A DNA stretch of 64,000 nucleotides, taken from the NCBI GenBank assembly GCA_951406725.2, contig OX597818.1:65162001-65226000 (forward strand), read 5' to 3'. This DNA comes from Octopus vulgaris (taxonomy: Eukaryota). Shown one piece after another: positions 26,593 through 41,180 of this stretch (its first letter is position 1; each line of letters begins with the position of its first letter). Below the pieces are notes generated by a model. That model worked only from the letters and a program-made list of their open reading frames with translations. It had not been told where the DNA came from and ran no database searches. Position numbers and translations under genes: made by a program.

Positions 26593-26815
26593 AAAGACAC
26601 TCCCATGCTAGAGATAGCAGTTAAAAGCTGACTCTAAAAGCACTTCATGTATTCGTCCAGCCCCGACAGAACAGACATAAAGACAAATATACTAGCAGAA
26701 AATTATTGGGATTATCCAATAATTCTATTTGACTTTTCTCCTGGTGCTGTATGAAAACATGATGTGGTGTTAGAGTCAAGTTTTGACTGCTATCTCTAGC
26801 ATGGTGGTATCTTTA
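26593..26815. mobile_element. MITE-like element with ~45-bp terminal inverted repeats
   Basis: aaagacactcccatgctagagatagcagttaaaagctgactctaa versus ttagagtcaagttttgactgctatctctagcatggtggtatcttt; central hairpin ttattgg..ccaataa. Confidence 0.7.
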
Positions 26816-26994
26816 GATAATTTTATATGTATATATCGAAACACTATAGTTAAAAGTATCTAACATGAAACAGGTGAATTACACAATAATTTTTGTAGAA
26901 AAATTATAGGAATTTGCAGTTTCAGCGAATAGTCTTCTGCTGATACTGGAGAGGCGAAAGAAGAGATAGAAAACAAATCTTAGTTGGATTTAAA

Positions 26995-27385
26995 CAGGAG
27001 TGGCTGTTACCAAGCACATGGTTCCGGGTTCAGTCCTACTGCGTGGCTCCTTGGGCAAGTGTCTTTTACTCTGACCCCAGGCAGACCAAAGCCTCGTGAG
27101 TGGGTTTGGTAGACGAAAACTGAAAGAAGCCCGTCGTATATATGTATATGTATGTGTGTGTGTATATGTTTGTGTGTCTGCGTTTGTCCCCCAACATCGC
27201 TTGACAACCGATGGTGGTGTGTTTACGTCTCCGTAACCTAGCGGTTCGGCAAAACAGGCCGATAGAATAAGTACTAGGCTTCCAAAGAATAAGTCCTGGG
27301 GACTAATTGCTCGACTAAAGGCGGTGCTGCAGCATGGTCACAGTCACATGACTGAAATAAGTAAAAGAGTTAAAGAGTTAAAGAA
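26995..27385 (+). mobile_element. SINE family B
   Basis: Collinear with other B copies; small deletion in the head. Confidence 0.9.
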
Positions 27386-27477
27386 TAAATATAATGAATA
27401 GAATTTCTTTCACTGACCATCATTTTATTATGAAATATCTCTACAGAATTTATTCTATACGCTTCACGCGCTTCGAA

Positions 27478-27556
<79 letters not shown>

Positions 27557-28204
27557 CGTGTGTGTGTGTGTATATGTGTGTGTGTCAGTGCGTGCGTGCT
27601 TCAGATTGCATGCTTGTGAATGTGGGTAAAGTGAGGTGTCCTAGTGATATTATTGTCATAAAGTACTGGCTTCAATTCTGGGCACATTGATTAAAGCAAA
27701 TCAAATCATGTGACTCCGGTCTCCGTAAATAAAATCAAATACCAACGACCGCTGGTGCGGCTTTCTCTATTTCCGATTACACACACACACATACGACACA
27801 CATATATATATGTATATTCATGTGTTGCGTGTTTCTGTGTGTGTGTGAGCGCCTGCGTGCGTGCGTGCGTGTCTGTGCACGTTGATATGATTGAGTGCGC
27901 GAGTGTGGTTGTGTGTAAAACTAAAATAGCAGAAGAGTGTGCATGAAACAAGGGGGAATAAGCGATGGGTAATTGGTCAATGATAGATATTGCAGCATGA
28001 AGAATAAAGATCGAAAGGGGATGGAGAAAATACAAATACCAAGATAAAAATACATAAATGAATAAATAAATAGATAAATAGATAACTGCATACATAAATA
28101 AAAGTTATCACTGTTAATTGTACGACGAAAAAAAATGAGAAAATGGCAGCCGTGAACTGACATTTCCAGAGGAACAGTTTATGAAAGAAGAATAAGAAAC
28201 ATTG

Positions 28205-28732
28205 TAATACATACATACGTACATGCATACATAAATACATATATACATATATACATACATGCATACAATCATACATACATGCATGCATGCATATATCATA
28301 CATACATACATACATGCATGCATATAATCATACATACACATGCATGCATACAATCATACATACATACATGCATGCATGCATACAATCATACATACATGCA
28401 TACATGCATGCATATAACCATACATATATACATACATGCATGCATACAAGCATACATACATGCATGCATGCATACAATCATACATACATACGTGCATGCA
28501 TATAATCATACATACATACATACATGCATACATACATACATACCTGCATGCATACAATCATACATACATGCATGCATACAATCATACATATATACATACA
28601 TGCATGCATACAATCATACGTACATACATACATACATACATGCATGCATACAATCATACATATATACATACATACATACATGAATGCATATAATCATACA
28701 TACATACATACATGCATGTATATAATCATATA
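28205..28732. repeat. Compound CATA/CATG minisatellite (recurring catacaatcatacatacatgcatg-like units)
   Basis: Direct reading. Confidence 0.9.
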
Positions 28733-28744
28733 ACATCCCACGAA

Positions 28745-29015
28745 AAATAACATCCCACGAAATGTAGCCGTCCACAGGTACCAGCACCGCGTTAAGACTC
28801 CTCCGAAACCTGGGACATCCATTCATCACTGCGTCTCGGGGATGATCTTCGAGCACCTTCGTGATTTTCGCTACCAGTCCGGCTTTGGTGTTGCAGACAG
28901 AGCAGTGGGTTTATTTGCCAACTACAACCCATACACATTAAGCTATAGATATACAGTCAGGGCCATTAAGAGGCCAGAGAATGGGGTTGGGAAAGTCACA
29001 GAAACTCTCTGACAA
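28745..29015 (-). mobile_element. Tc1/mariner-superfamily (maT/DD37D-like) transposase C-terminal remnant; continues beyond the SINE at 29438
   Basis: Eroded WPP.SPD..YVYGVV..CNTK..LVAKI..D.PRDAV.N.C.RFRR.L.AV..DGYI; parallels 56940-57180. Confidence 0.7.
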
Positions 29016-29016
29016 A

Positions 29017-29437
29017 AGGCGGAGAGCTGGCAGAAACGTTAGCACGGTGGGCGAAATGCGTAGCAGTATTTCGTCTGCCGTTACGTTCTTAGTTCAAATT
29101 CCGCCGGGGTCGACTTTGCCTTTTATCCTTTCGGGGTCGATTAAATAAGTACCAGTTACGCACTGGGGTCGATCTAATCGACTTAATTCGTTTGTCTGTC
29201 CTTGTTTGTCCTCTCTGTGTTTAGCCCCTTGTGGGTAGTGAAGAAATAGGTATTTCGTCAGTCTTTACGTTCTGATTTCAAATTGCGCCAAGGTCGACCT
29301 TGTCTTTCATCTTTTCGGGGTCGATTAAATAAGTACCAGCTACACACTGAGGTCGATGTGATCGACTTAATCCGTTTTGTATCTCCTTGTTTGTCCCCTC
29401 TATGTTTAGCCCCTTATGGGCAGTAAAGAAATAAGAA
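29017..29437 (+). mobile_element. SINE family A dimer inserted in the transposase remnant
   Basis: TSD core tctctgaca at 29006-29014 and 29439-29447. Confidence 0.92.
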
Positions 29438-30033
29438 ATCTCTGACAGAAACTTATGTCTCTTTCTAAACATGGCCTTCCAACAGCAACTCTTTCCACTC
29501 AGCTGTTGACCACAGTCCCCAGAAGCTTCGCATAGCTTCCTGAATAGAGCTTAATGCTGTGTTTCAAAGATTTGGGGCCAAGTGAAGTCACTCTCAATGG
29601 AGACAAACCGAAAGAAAATCAGCGAATAATGTGGTTTTCATGATGTTTCTGCTGAATCTTACAGTTTTTAAGTTGTTCACAGAGCATTTTGCAGCAGTCA
29701 TGATGTCGACATTTCCACACCCGGTGTGAAATATTAGAGGTATTTTTTTTTCTTAATAATCCCTTGGTTTCCCCATCTTTATATCAGCTAACATGTTTTC
29801 AGCAATAATATTATTGTCCTCCAACACAGTTGACTATTCGCCAGTCTTACCAATCTGTTCCTGGGAAAGTATATTTAAACAATCTTCCGTAAGTGGTGGA
29901 GTGGAAGGCGGAAAGATGAAGCACTACAGTGCAAGGCAAGTTTATTTGCTGTATTTCGTTGTTGCTGTTGTTGTTCTTCTTCTTCTTCTTGTTCTTCTTT
30001 TTCTTGTTCTTCTTCTTCTTCTTCTTCTTCTTC

Positions 30034-30103
<70 letters not shown>

Positions 30104-30244
30104 CATTATTATTATTATTATTTTACTCGTAATTTAACTTAAATATATATATATATACACCCCCACATCCACACACACTTCTTCACTTGTTTTCTCTTCC
30201 TCGTCTTCATCTTCTCTCTCTCCCACCTTCTCTCTCTCCCACCT

Positions 30245-30295
<51 letters not shown>

Positions 30296-30433
30296 GCAGC
30301 ACGGACTTTGTCAGTGAAAAGGTCGCGGATTTTAGCGACGAAAATATTTTGACAAATTAAACTTAAATGTTGGAGTGAATCGAACGGCTTTTGTGTGTTT
30401 CTTAAATGGCTTATAAACACCTTCCACGCTGCA

Positions 30434-30470
<37 letters not shown>

Positions 30471-30879
30471 CACACACATTCTCTCTCTCACACACACAAA
30501 CACACACACACTCACATACATATATATATATGCTCAGTGCGTTTACCGATTTACAGCTGAGTTTGCGCTTTTTGCAAGTAAACATTAAATTCCTACCGTT
30601 TTGTGATCCCGAAGGTTTCTATACAGTTATAGCGTACTATGTGAAGCTTAAGGAGGCTGTGGTCAATACCTGTGGACATGCATATATAATTCAAGGGGAA
30701 AATCAAGGGGAAAGAAAATAACTACCAACGACGAGACCTTATATCTTTGTTAGAAACCTGCTCTTTCACCAGAGAAAGAATTTGTATACTAATGAAAAGC
30801 AAGAGAAAACACACACAAACACACATAAACGCATACATATGCACGCACACGAAGATACAAACTCACACACACTCATATG

Positions 30880-30993
<114 letters not shown>

Positions 30994-31584
30994 CATATGA
31001 ATGAATGTATGTCTGCTTGTATGTAGATGCATATTAGTTATGTTTTATATTCGTCTTGTACAAAACAAATGTATATTAAAAACAGCGTGAACAACGATGC
31101 AGGTTTAATTTACCTTGAGAAGTTTTGCAGTTCATATGTTTAAAACGCAACCTCCGTACATATACAACTTAATGTATATCAGAGACGTGACTATTGATGC
31201 TGCATGTGCATGGAATCGTATGAATATATGTGGATGTATCGATTTATAGGCAAAAGAAAAGTATCGTCAACATATTTACGGATATGTGTATCCTGTGTAA
31301 ATATATATTTTGTGAAGCGTATGGTAATGATGCATTTGTAAATAGAATCTGCATTAAATAGGGCCAGACTGTTTGTAATCATGCCATTACATATATCAGT
31401 ACCGATTCTATTTCAGAATACATACGTATAGATTCGACCTTCTACCCCGAATTACATGTTAAAAGTCTGGTCATACTCTGCATTTTTTTTTTGGTGCGTT
31501 ATCTATTCTGTTGGTGGCTTATTGTTATAGTTCCTCGACATACGTATATACATATCTACACACAGACAAATGTATATATATATA

Positions 31585-31660
<76 letters not shown>

Positions 31661-32317
31661 CATACATATGCGTATGTGTTTATGTATGTATATGTATATG
31701 TATATATATGTATATATATGTATATATATATATATGTATAGATAGATAGATAGATATAGAAGACTAAACAATCAACCACATATATATATAGTTAAATATA
31801 GAACCAATCAATAAGTATTTATATTTTTGGGAAGGAGAGCAAAGATATGTATTTGACTTCTCAGAAAAGAATTCTATAGAAATATCGAATTATTATGCTG
31901 TGTCTGCCCGTATTTCATGCAGATTCTAATCAAACGATGCGCTATTAACTTACGCATACCCGAACATGGACATTACTAAGATCATTCGTAAATATATTCA
32001 GCGTATTTATTGCAAAGAGATCGATATATCCAAATGTGCTCATGTAACTTCATGCACACACAATCGATGTAGTCGTCTGTTAGACGGACATTAAAAGAGG
32101 TTCCATTCAAAAGAAATGAAAGACAATGCTAAACATGCTGAATAAAGTTTTCTGAAATTCTTCATGGACTGTTTTATACATATTTGCTACGCATCTGTGC
32201 CAGATTTAAAGAAAATTCGGCTTCTTTGCTTTTTTAAGACACCCAATATTTGCCTGATAGTATATATATATATATACATACATACACACAAGAATGCATA
32301 TTTGGGTAAATGTGTGT

Positions 32318-32409
<92 letters not shown>

Positions 32410-32764
32410 ATGCTTGCGAGTGTGAAGGTATTTCCAACAATACATGCTTTACTTAATAACGATTGTCAGTAACGTATTTACACAGATCTCAATAAGGTAA
32501 CTCCGAAATGTCTTAGGAACCCTATTTGGGTCGACTAAAACTATAATGATTACTTTTGCAGCAGCTCCCTACACTCATTTATATCAGTGGACACAACCGT
32601 ATCTATGATGTCCTCCTCTTCTAGCACCTTGTCCACATTGGTAATATCAGGTTCTTTTTTAGTTTTATGGTTAGCCTCTAAATTAAAGTGCCTTAAACCC
32701 TACAACTGATAATTCCCCGTCAAATTATCCAGTATGATTTTGACACCAAATTATCAGTTTATAT

Positions 32765-32999
32765 AGTTCTATATTTAAGAGATGATAATTATGTACATTA
32801 TTTACATTAGTTACATTTCACGGATATTTGTCCTCATCTTGTTTGTTGTTAATACACCGTTTCGTCTGATATGCACTCCAACATTCATCAGGTGTCTTGG
32901 GTTAATTTTTGAACCTGGGTTCTCATTCTAAAGGTATTTTTTGATATTATCATAATAATAATTATTATTATTATTTTAATTATAATTATAATTATAATA

Positions 33000-33035
<36 letters not shown>

Positions 33036-33208
33036 TATTCAGATCACAGTCTGGAATCGAACTCGGAATCTTGAGGTTAGTTGCCCGCGTTCTTAATCAC
33101 TATGCCATATGCCCCCAAAACACCTGATGAAGACTGGATGGTATATCAGCCAAAACGTTGTGTTAACAAGGTGAGGACAAATATCCGTCAAATATAAATA
33201 ACGTAAAT
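32765..33208 (-). mobile_element. SINE family E, full copy (minus, 32765-33115) plus inverted partial tail (plus, 33116-33208), flanked by a 16-bp direct repeat
   Basis: Minus: tRNA head, AAT tract, gacacCTGATGA..GAAAC tail. Plus: aacacCTGATGAagactggatggtatatcagcc-aaaacgttgtgtt. aattatcagtttatat at 32749-32764 and 33209-33224. Confidence 0.85.
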
Positions 33209-33737
33209 AATTATCAGTTTATATTGTTATATTTTAGATTGTCTGAGAATGAACGTAAAATTATTTGAAACGTATGTATTGAAAGGATTGGTTATGTCTG
33301 TGTTTGCTTAAAATTTGTCCAACATCACGAAACTACAGTCACATTTTCGAATGCGCATGGGATCTACATACACCATATTTTCATGAGCAACACTCTTCGA
33401 AGAATGTAGGAATAATTTGCCCTGTTAGTATTATAAATATTTGTAGAAGAAACTATACGGTCACACGTGAAAAGTAAATTTGAAAAGGGATTAGAATGAA
33501 CATGCGATTGTAGGATTTGCAGATGAACAATTATTTCAAAGATTGCACGAGGTTACAGCATTGCATATATGGGTGAGTATTTGTAAAATATAAAGCAGTA
33601 TGTATAGTCAACATGAGAAAATACTCTTCTGTGAGTTGTTTTTGTTTTGTTTTCATTTTTTTGCTTACCCGATTTCATGGAAATAGGTATTAAGTCTATG
33701 GCACTCTATATTATGCAAGTCATCCATAAAAATAATC

Positions 33738-34210
33738 TTTTCTACTCTAAGCACAAGGCCCGAAAAATTTTGGTGGGTGGTGGCCACTTGATTAGATTGA
33801 CCCCAGTACGCAACTGGTACTTAATTTATCGACTCCGAAAGGATGAAATGCAAAGTCGACCTCGGCAGAATTTAAACTCAGAACATGACGGCAGACGAAA
33901 TACCTATTTCTTTACTACCCACAAGGGGCTAAACATAGAGGAGACAAACAAGGACTGACATAGGTATTAAGTCGATTATATCGACCCCAGTGCGTAACTG
34001 GTACTTAATTTATCGACCCCGAAAGGATAAAAGGCAAAGTCTACCTCGGCAAAATTTGAACTCAGAACGTAGCGGCAGACGAAATACCGCAAAGCTTTTC
34101 GCCCAGCGTTCTAACGTTTCTGCTAGCTCCCCGCCTTATCCCATACAAATAATCTTTCCTACTCTAGGAACAAGACTCGAAATTTGGGGTGAGGGGTCCA
34201 ATCAATTGTG
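33738..34210 (-). mobile_element. SINE family A dimer plus adjacent partial tail
   Basis: Family A motifs; ~30-bp duplication at 33721-33750 and 34137-34168. Confidence 0.88.
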
Positions 34211-34329
34211 TGTGTGTGTGTGTTTGTGTGTGTGTATTATGCAAGGTGTAAATTAGAGATATTAAGTCCTCTACGGGAAAGACGTATCCAGTGGCACACC
34301 TGGTAATTACCTCCGTAAGTATGGTCCTT

Positions 34330-34377
<48 letters not shown>

Positions 34378-34640
34378 ATGAACGAGTAAGGAAGAGAGAG
34401 AAAGAGAGTAATGAGATAGAGAGAAATATATTGAGAGAGAGTTTTAGGATCACTGTAACTTCGAAATTTTAGTTTACTCGCCTTTGTCATGGAATTTGAT
34501 TGGGATGGCGCAAACTATACTTCGAAGTCACTATGACCAATTCATTTTAAGAGAAATCACATGTGATACTCAACTTAGCAATCGAGATGGATGCTACAAA
34601 GTTTTTTACTGTTTACATATATATATATACATATGTATAT

Positions 34641-35142
<502 letters not shown>

Positions 35143-36304
35143 CCATCCATACACTTACATGTGCACATGTGTATGTATATAGGCATATGATATTAGAATG
35201 TGTGCTTGTGTATTCAGTGTCTTGTGAGAAAGGAACATCAGATGATTAAACTTTGGTTTTACTTTTGACATTTCAAACAGTCACCATCCTACATTGCAAA
35301 GAAAACTGCAGCGGACTGCATACTATTTTCTTATAAGCGCATGGTATTTTCTTATGGGTATTTAGTATTCCCCAACAAAAATATATAATACGTATGATGC
35401 AACTCACTTCACAAAAAAAAGATCAGAACTATTAGCTTAGATATTGTTTCTTTTTTTCTTGTTATTGTTTTTCTTTATTTTAGATAAAGACGCGTAGTTT
35501 TGTTAAGTGATCCGTTTTTAATTCAATTTAGTTGTCTTTTGAAATAACTTAGTAAAATGGAATGCAGGTTTGTAAAGATCAAACTGTTATTTCTCTCCTA
35601 TATACAGGCGTATTTCAAAAGTTAAAGAATTTCACTGTATAGAAATATCTGCTGAAGATAACGGAGCTGCAGACAATTTTGTTTTACGTAAAAAATCTTG
35701 GATAAAGAAATCCTGAACACGAATAATACTCTCCGTATCGAAAGTGACTTGGAAGTATACTGGTTAGTCATATGTCCACTTGCAGAATGTATTCTGTGTA
35801 AAGGAGAAAAAGTTAGAATAAGCAAATATTTCTTTATGGATCAAACAGGACATTGTTTTTGGTAGACCTTACTTAATATTCTTGACTGATTATACAAATG
35901 GTTAAAATTATTCTCCTGATCTCCTCCACAGCACACGGGAATCTCATCATGCAGTCTTACATCACATTTTAATAATGCAATTCTAGTTATATAGTGTCGC
36001 AAATTAAAACGAATTGATCATGGCTGAATCGCTCTTTATCATCAATACGATTTCAGTTGGTGACATAAGATCGTAGACACATCTAAGGAAGGGAAGTAGT
36101 AGCAATATATACCAGATACACAGCAGCTACCTAACAAAGATATCAAGATTTCTAGATAAAGGCTTCAATGTGAAGGATATACATGTCGAGGTGTTTAAAT
36201 GCATAGGAAAGGCTGTGTAGTAGATGCTAGCATTTGAAGAAAGGAAACATATCTTTGTTACTCTCAGTGATGAATCAAAAGTTCTCATGTGTTATAGTAT
36301 ATAC

Positions 36305-36700
36305 TTTCTGCTCTAGACTCAATGCACGAAATTTGGGAGGAGGGGCCCAGTCGATTAGATCGACCCCAGTACGCAACTGGTGCTTAATTTATCGAAACCG
36401 AAAAGGAAGAAAGGCAAAGTCGACCTCGGCGGAATTTGTACTCAGAACGTAGCGGCAGACGAAATACCTATTTCTTTACTACCAACAAAGGGACTAAACA
36501 CAGAGAGGACAAACAAGGACAGACAAACGGATTAAGTCGATTACATCGACCTCAGTGCGTAACTGGTACTTATTTAATCGACCCCGAAAGGATGAAAGGC
36601 AAAGTCGATCTCGGCGGAATTTGAACGCAGAACGTAACGGCAGACGAAATACCGCGAAGCATTTCTCCCGGGGTGCTAACGATTCTGCCAGCTCGCCGCC
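36305..36700 (-). mobile_element. SINE family A dimer
   Basis: Family A motifs twice; head ends at ccagctcgccgcc near 36700. Confidence 0.9.
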
Positions 36701-38074
36701 CTGTTTCAGTTTGTCTTTTGATTACACCAACGCACACATACAATCAAACCAGTCACGCATATATTGTTTATGAATGTAGGTATAGGTGTTGGTGTGTACG
36801 TATGTTGTGTGTTGTTTTGTGTGTGAATATCTATGTACTTACATATATATGTATATAACATCATTGGAGGCTTCCGTGTGTGAATTAGTCTACATTATAT
36901 GTGTGTGTGTGATGATGTTCTTCAAAGCAATTTTTAATGATTTATCTATTTTCGACCTCACATACCCAATATATTGTCAACTACGTCACGTCAAGCGAAT
37001 TTCAATCTCATAATATATGAATGTAATAATTGAAAACCTTGGACATCCAGAATATTCCATTATAAGCATTCATTGACATTCATTGATAAAAATCTTTCGT
37101 TTGCTAATGAGGCTGGTTTGAAACCAATTCTATTGAAAAAGAGCAGAAAACCAAACAAAGAAATGCCCTTTTGAATGAGTTCCCTGAAATTTAGCCTTCC
37201 TTATGAGCTAATGGTGGATTTGATCGGGAGAATCTTGTAGAATAACAACCAGACTCTTCAGTGAAATTATATTAAAGAACTTATAATCATTGCTGGGAAG
37301 TCTTCGATTAAATATCTGTTACTTTAGAGGTTAATATGGAATAAAAAAAAGAAAATGAGAAGCCTATAAAAAGAATATGCTGCATTTACTCTTCATTATG
37401 TTTTCTCGAAAAATCACTTTCGCAATCCATTTAAAACATTACACTGCACAGAAAGTTCTGTAATTTATTCCGGGAAGAAATTTCAATACGGTATTACTGT
37501 GCTTTAATGTGTGAACGTTACACGAAACTGATGAATCGTTCGACACTTTGAAAATGATAACCGCTTCTTTTTTTGTTTCTTTTTGGGGTCTTTTTGGGAT
37601 TTAATTTGACCAAATGGTTACAGTTGTAGATACTTGCATTCCAAAAATGTGATAAAATAATCGTTCAGCTGCATGATTTATTAGCTCCAGCTTCCTGTCA
37701 CCGAATACTGTGTATTTTAATTCACTTCTCTCATATTACTTCCTTACTGCATACGTCAACTTAATTCTCTTAGTTTTTTCGATTTCTGTTTTTTGTTTTT
37801 TGTCTTGCTTTCTTTTTAATGTTCCTAATTGCATCTGTAACTCGTAAATATGAGAACATTTATTGTCTTCCAGCCAAAGCACAGCGAAAAGATTGTAAGT
37901 TAAAGGTGTCAAGCTTCTCAAATAGCTGGATTCTGATGATTAATGGAGCGTTTTAACTATTGCCGCTGAGTAATTGGAAGAAAGTCGGGAAAGTATGGAA
38001 TCGCATACTCTTGAAACGCGTCAGATAATATAGGCACTGTGGATACAATATATATATATATATAATATATATAT

Positions 38075-38257
38075 CATCATCATCATTATCATCATCGTTT
38101 AACGTCTGCTTTCCATGCTAGCATGGGCTGGCCGATTTTGACTGAGGGCTGGCGAACCAGATGGCTGCACCAGGCTCCAATCTTGATCTGGCAGACTTCC
38201 TACAGCTGGATGCCCTTCTTAACGCCAGCCACTCCGAGAGTGTAGTGGGTGCTTTTT
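38075..38257 (-). mobile_element. 3' part of a SINE/LINE with (GAT)n tail (RTE-related tail)
   Basis: Minus strand ggcgttaagaagggcatccagc...cccatgctagcatggaaagcagacgttaaacgatgatg. Confidence 0.6.
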
Positions 38258-38277
38258 ACACAAACACACACACACAT

Positions 38278-38396
<119 letters not shown>

Positions 38397-39459
38397 ATGT
38401 ATATACGTATATATGGTGTATATTCATGTATGTATAGTGCTTCTTTCAGTCATTGGACTGCGGCCATGATGGTGCATCTGGTATTTAACTTGCCGATCTG
38501 GCACTTATGTGCGTTACTTTTCACGAAACACTCACGTACACATATAAATATATATACACATACAGATACACACATAAATACGTATATATATATATACATA
38601 CAACAGGTTTCCTGCGCATATACTGATAATTACATACTATATAACGAAAATATAAAGTGCGAAATATGTGACAAAAATTGATTGCTTGATATAAAAATAT
38701 ATACAGCGTCTGCAAGAAAGTATGTAGTATATGTGGCATATCGTTTGAGTATTTCTCTCATTCTACTGCGGCCATGCTGGAGCACTGCCTTGAAGGTGTT
38801 CATCGAGTATATGACCGCCAGTGCTTATTTTTGTAAATCTGTTATTTGTTATATCGGTCTCGTTTGATTAACTACTAAGTTGGGGTAAAAGAAAAATGAA
38901 ACGCCGATTGCCAAACGGTGGCAGGGAACGATGGATTGATGCACAGAGATACACACAGACAGACACACACACGCGCACACACAAGTATGCACAAACATAC
39001 ATAGACACACACACTAATACACAGACACACACACTAATACACAGACACAAACACACGCACACATGCCAACACACAAACGCATACACACACCAAAACACAC
39101 ACACACACAAACACGCACACACATACGGATACCGACACACATATACACATACACAGCAACACATACACGCGCACAAATACGCGCACATACATACACACAC
39201 TCATCAAAACACACATACACATACACAACCATACACTCATACATAAATACATAGGCACAAGAGCACACATAATATACGGCTGGTTTCCACCTAGTTTCTG
39301 CCTGCCTAATTCACTCCAAAGGCTTTAATCGATCAGGGATTATAGCAGAAAAGACTGAGCCAATGAGACCTTTAATGGGATTGAAACCGAGAACCTGCTT
39401 CTACAACGAAGGGTTCTTCACGACATGGCCAGTTCTACGCGTAAATAGAAAATTACATA

Positions 39460-39845
39460 CTCTTGTACTCTTTTATATATTTCAGTCATCTGACTGCAGC
39501 AATGATGGAACACTGCCTTTGGTCGAACATGTGGACCCCAGGAATTATTATTTGTAAGCCTAGTACTTATTCTGTCGGTCTTTTTTGCCGAACCGCTAGT
39601 CTACGAGGACGCAAACACATCAACATCGGTCGTCAAGCGATGTTGGGGGACAAACACAGACACACAGACATACACACGCATACATACATATACATATATA
39701 CAACGGGCTTCTTTCAGTTTCCGTCTACCAAATCGACTCACATGGCTTTGGTCGATCAGTGGCTATAGTAGAAAACACCCAAGGCGCCACGCAGTGCGAC
39801 TGAACCCGGAAGTATGTGGTTGTTAAGCAAGCGACTTACCACTTC
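39460..39845 (-). mobile_element. SINE family B (further decayed B pieces at about 38750-38940 and 39275-39430)
   Basis: Reverse complement of the family B body and head. Confidence 0.85.
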
Positions 39846-40360
39846 ACTGCAGTTCTTTCCAACTATTGTTTAATTGATTAGCAGTGATATTACAACATTA
39901 GAAAGAAAACCGAATTCTCCGCTTGAATACTTTGGCTTTTGATTGTGTTTTAATGTTGCGGCTCAGGTATTCGCCAGATGAAAACGATTTTTTTGCTATG
40001 ATATAATGTCTCCATTAAAGAACTGGAAATTCGGTAGAAAGAGCTGCGAGTAATTAACACATTATTCACCTGTTATTATTTGTTTAATTTTTATTTACTT
40101 CACTTGGAACCTGCTCCTTTCGTAGATCCGAAATGTATTAGGGACCTTTACATTTAGCACAACGTGCGCTTCTTGATTAGCTTCAGGGTTACTGATAAAA
40201 TCAAGCGGGTACAGATAATCGTATATATAACCTGAAGATCTTTCTATTTGTACTCTAGTATCTGCAAATGCATTCCTCTACTTTAGTTGTGTACATATTT
40301 CATTTTTCGACCCGACCTGGTGCCGTAATATTCACGCGCCTGACTCACTCGTATCCTGAT

Positions 40361-40444
<84 letters not shown>

Positions 40445-40450
40445 TGTATG

Positions 40451-40494
<44 letters not shown>

Positions 40495-40819
40495 ATAGAT
40501 ATAAATATAGATAGATACGTAGATAGGTAGATAAATAGGTAGATATATACACAAATTTCTATATATGTATGCATATATATATTCATATATTCAAATATAT
40601 GTATATATATATACATTCACACACACTAACACACACACATATTTATACATACACATAAAGGCACAGATAAGCACAAAGACACACAGATATACGTATGTAT
40701 ATACTATGATCGTGAAAAATGAAAAGAAAAAAGAATCGAAGTTAGAGTCTTATACCTTTATGTGTATGGAGGGAATTCAGAATAAACTCCGCCGCTCTTT
40801 CCTAATGTTTGAATATGTT

Positions 40820-41180
40820 TGATGTTGGTTTTCATATAATGAGTGAGATATACACTACTAAGATATAAAGACGTGTCATAGGTGTTAGCACGCTTCGTTT
40901 CCACCAGAATGTATCTGGAGAGCGTTGTAAGGGAGATAATCGAACATGACCTTACACCATGGACGCTTACCTGCGGCACATCCTTTGATGGATCCACATG
41001 CAATATATATTTAATGGTGTTGAAAACGACGCAATTGGTTTCTCAGTTTAAAATCTCCAATAAATGTTCTGCTACACATCATATATCGCGGTCCGCATCT
41101 TCAAAGGTGAGAAGCAGTTTGTATTGTGCGTAAACGTTTTTGAAATTTTCCATCATTTTATACTTTGGAGATGAAATTGT
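40820..41180 (-). mobile_element. Possible very decayed PLE GIY-YIG remnant
   Basis: Weak resemblance only (a C..EH.IG-like segment requiring frameshifts). Confidence 0.25.
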
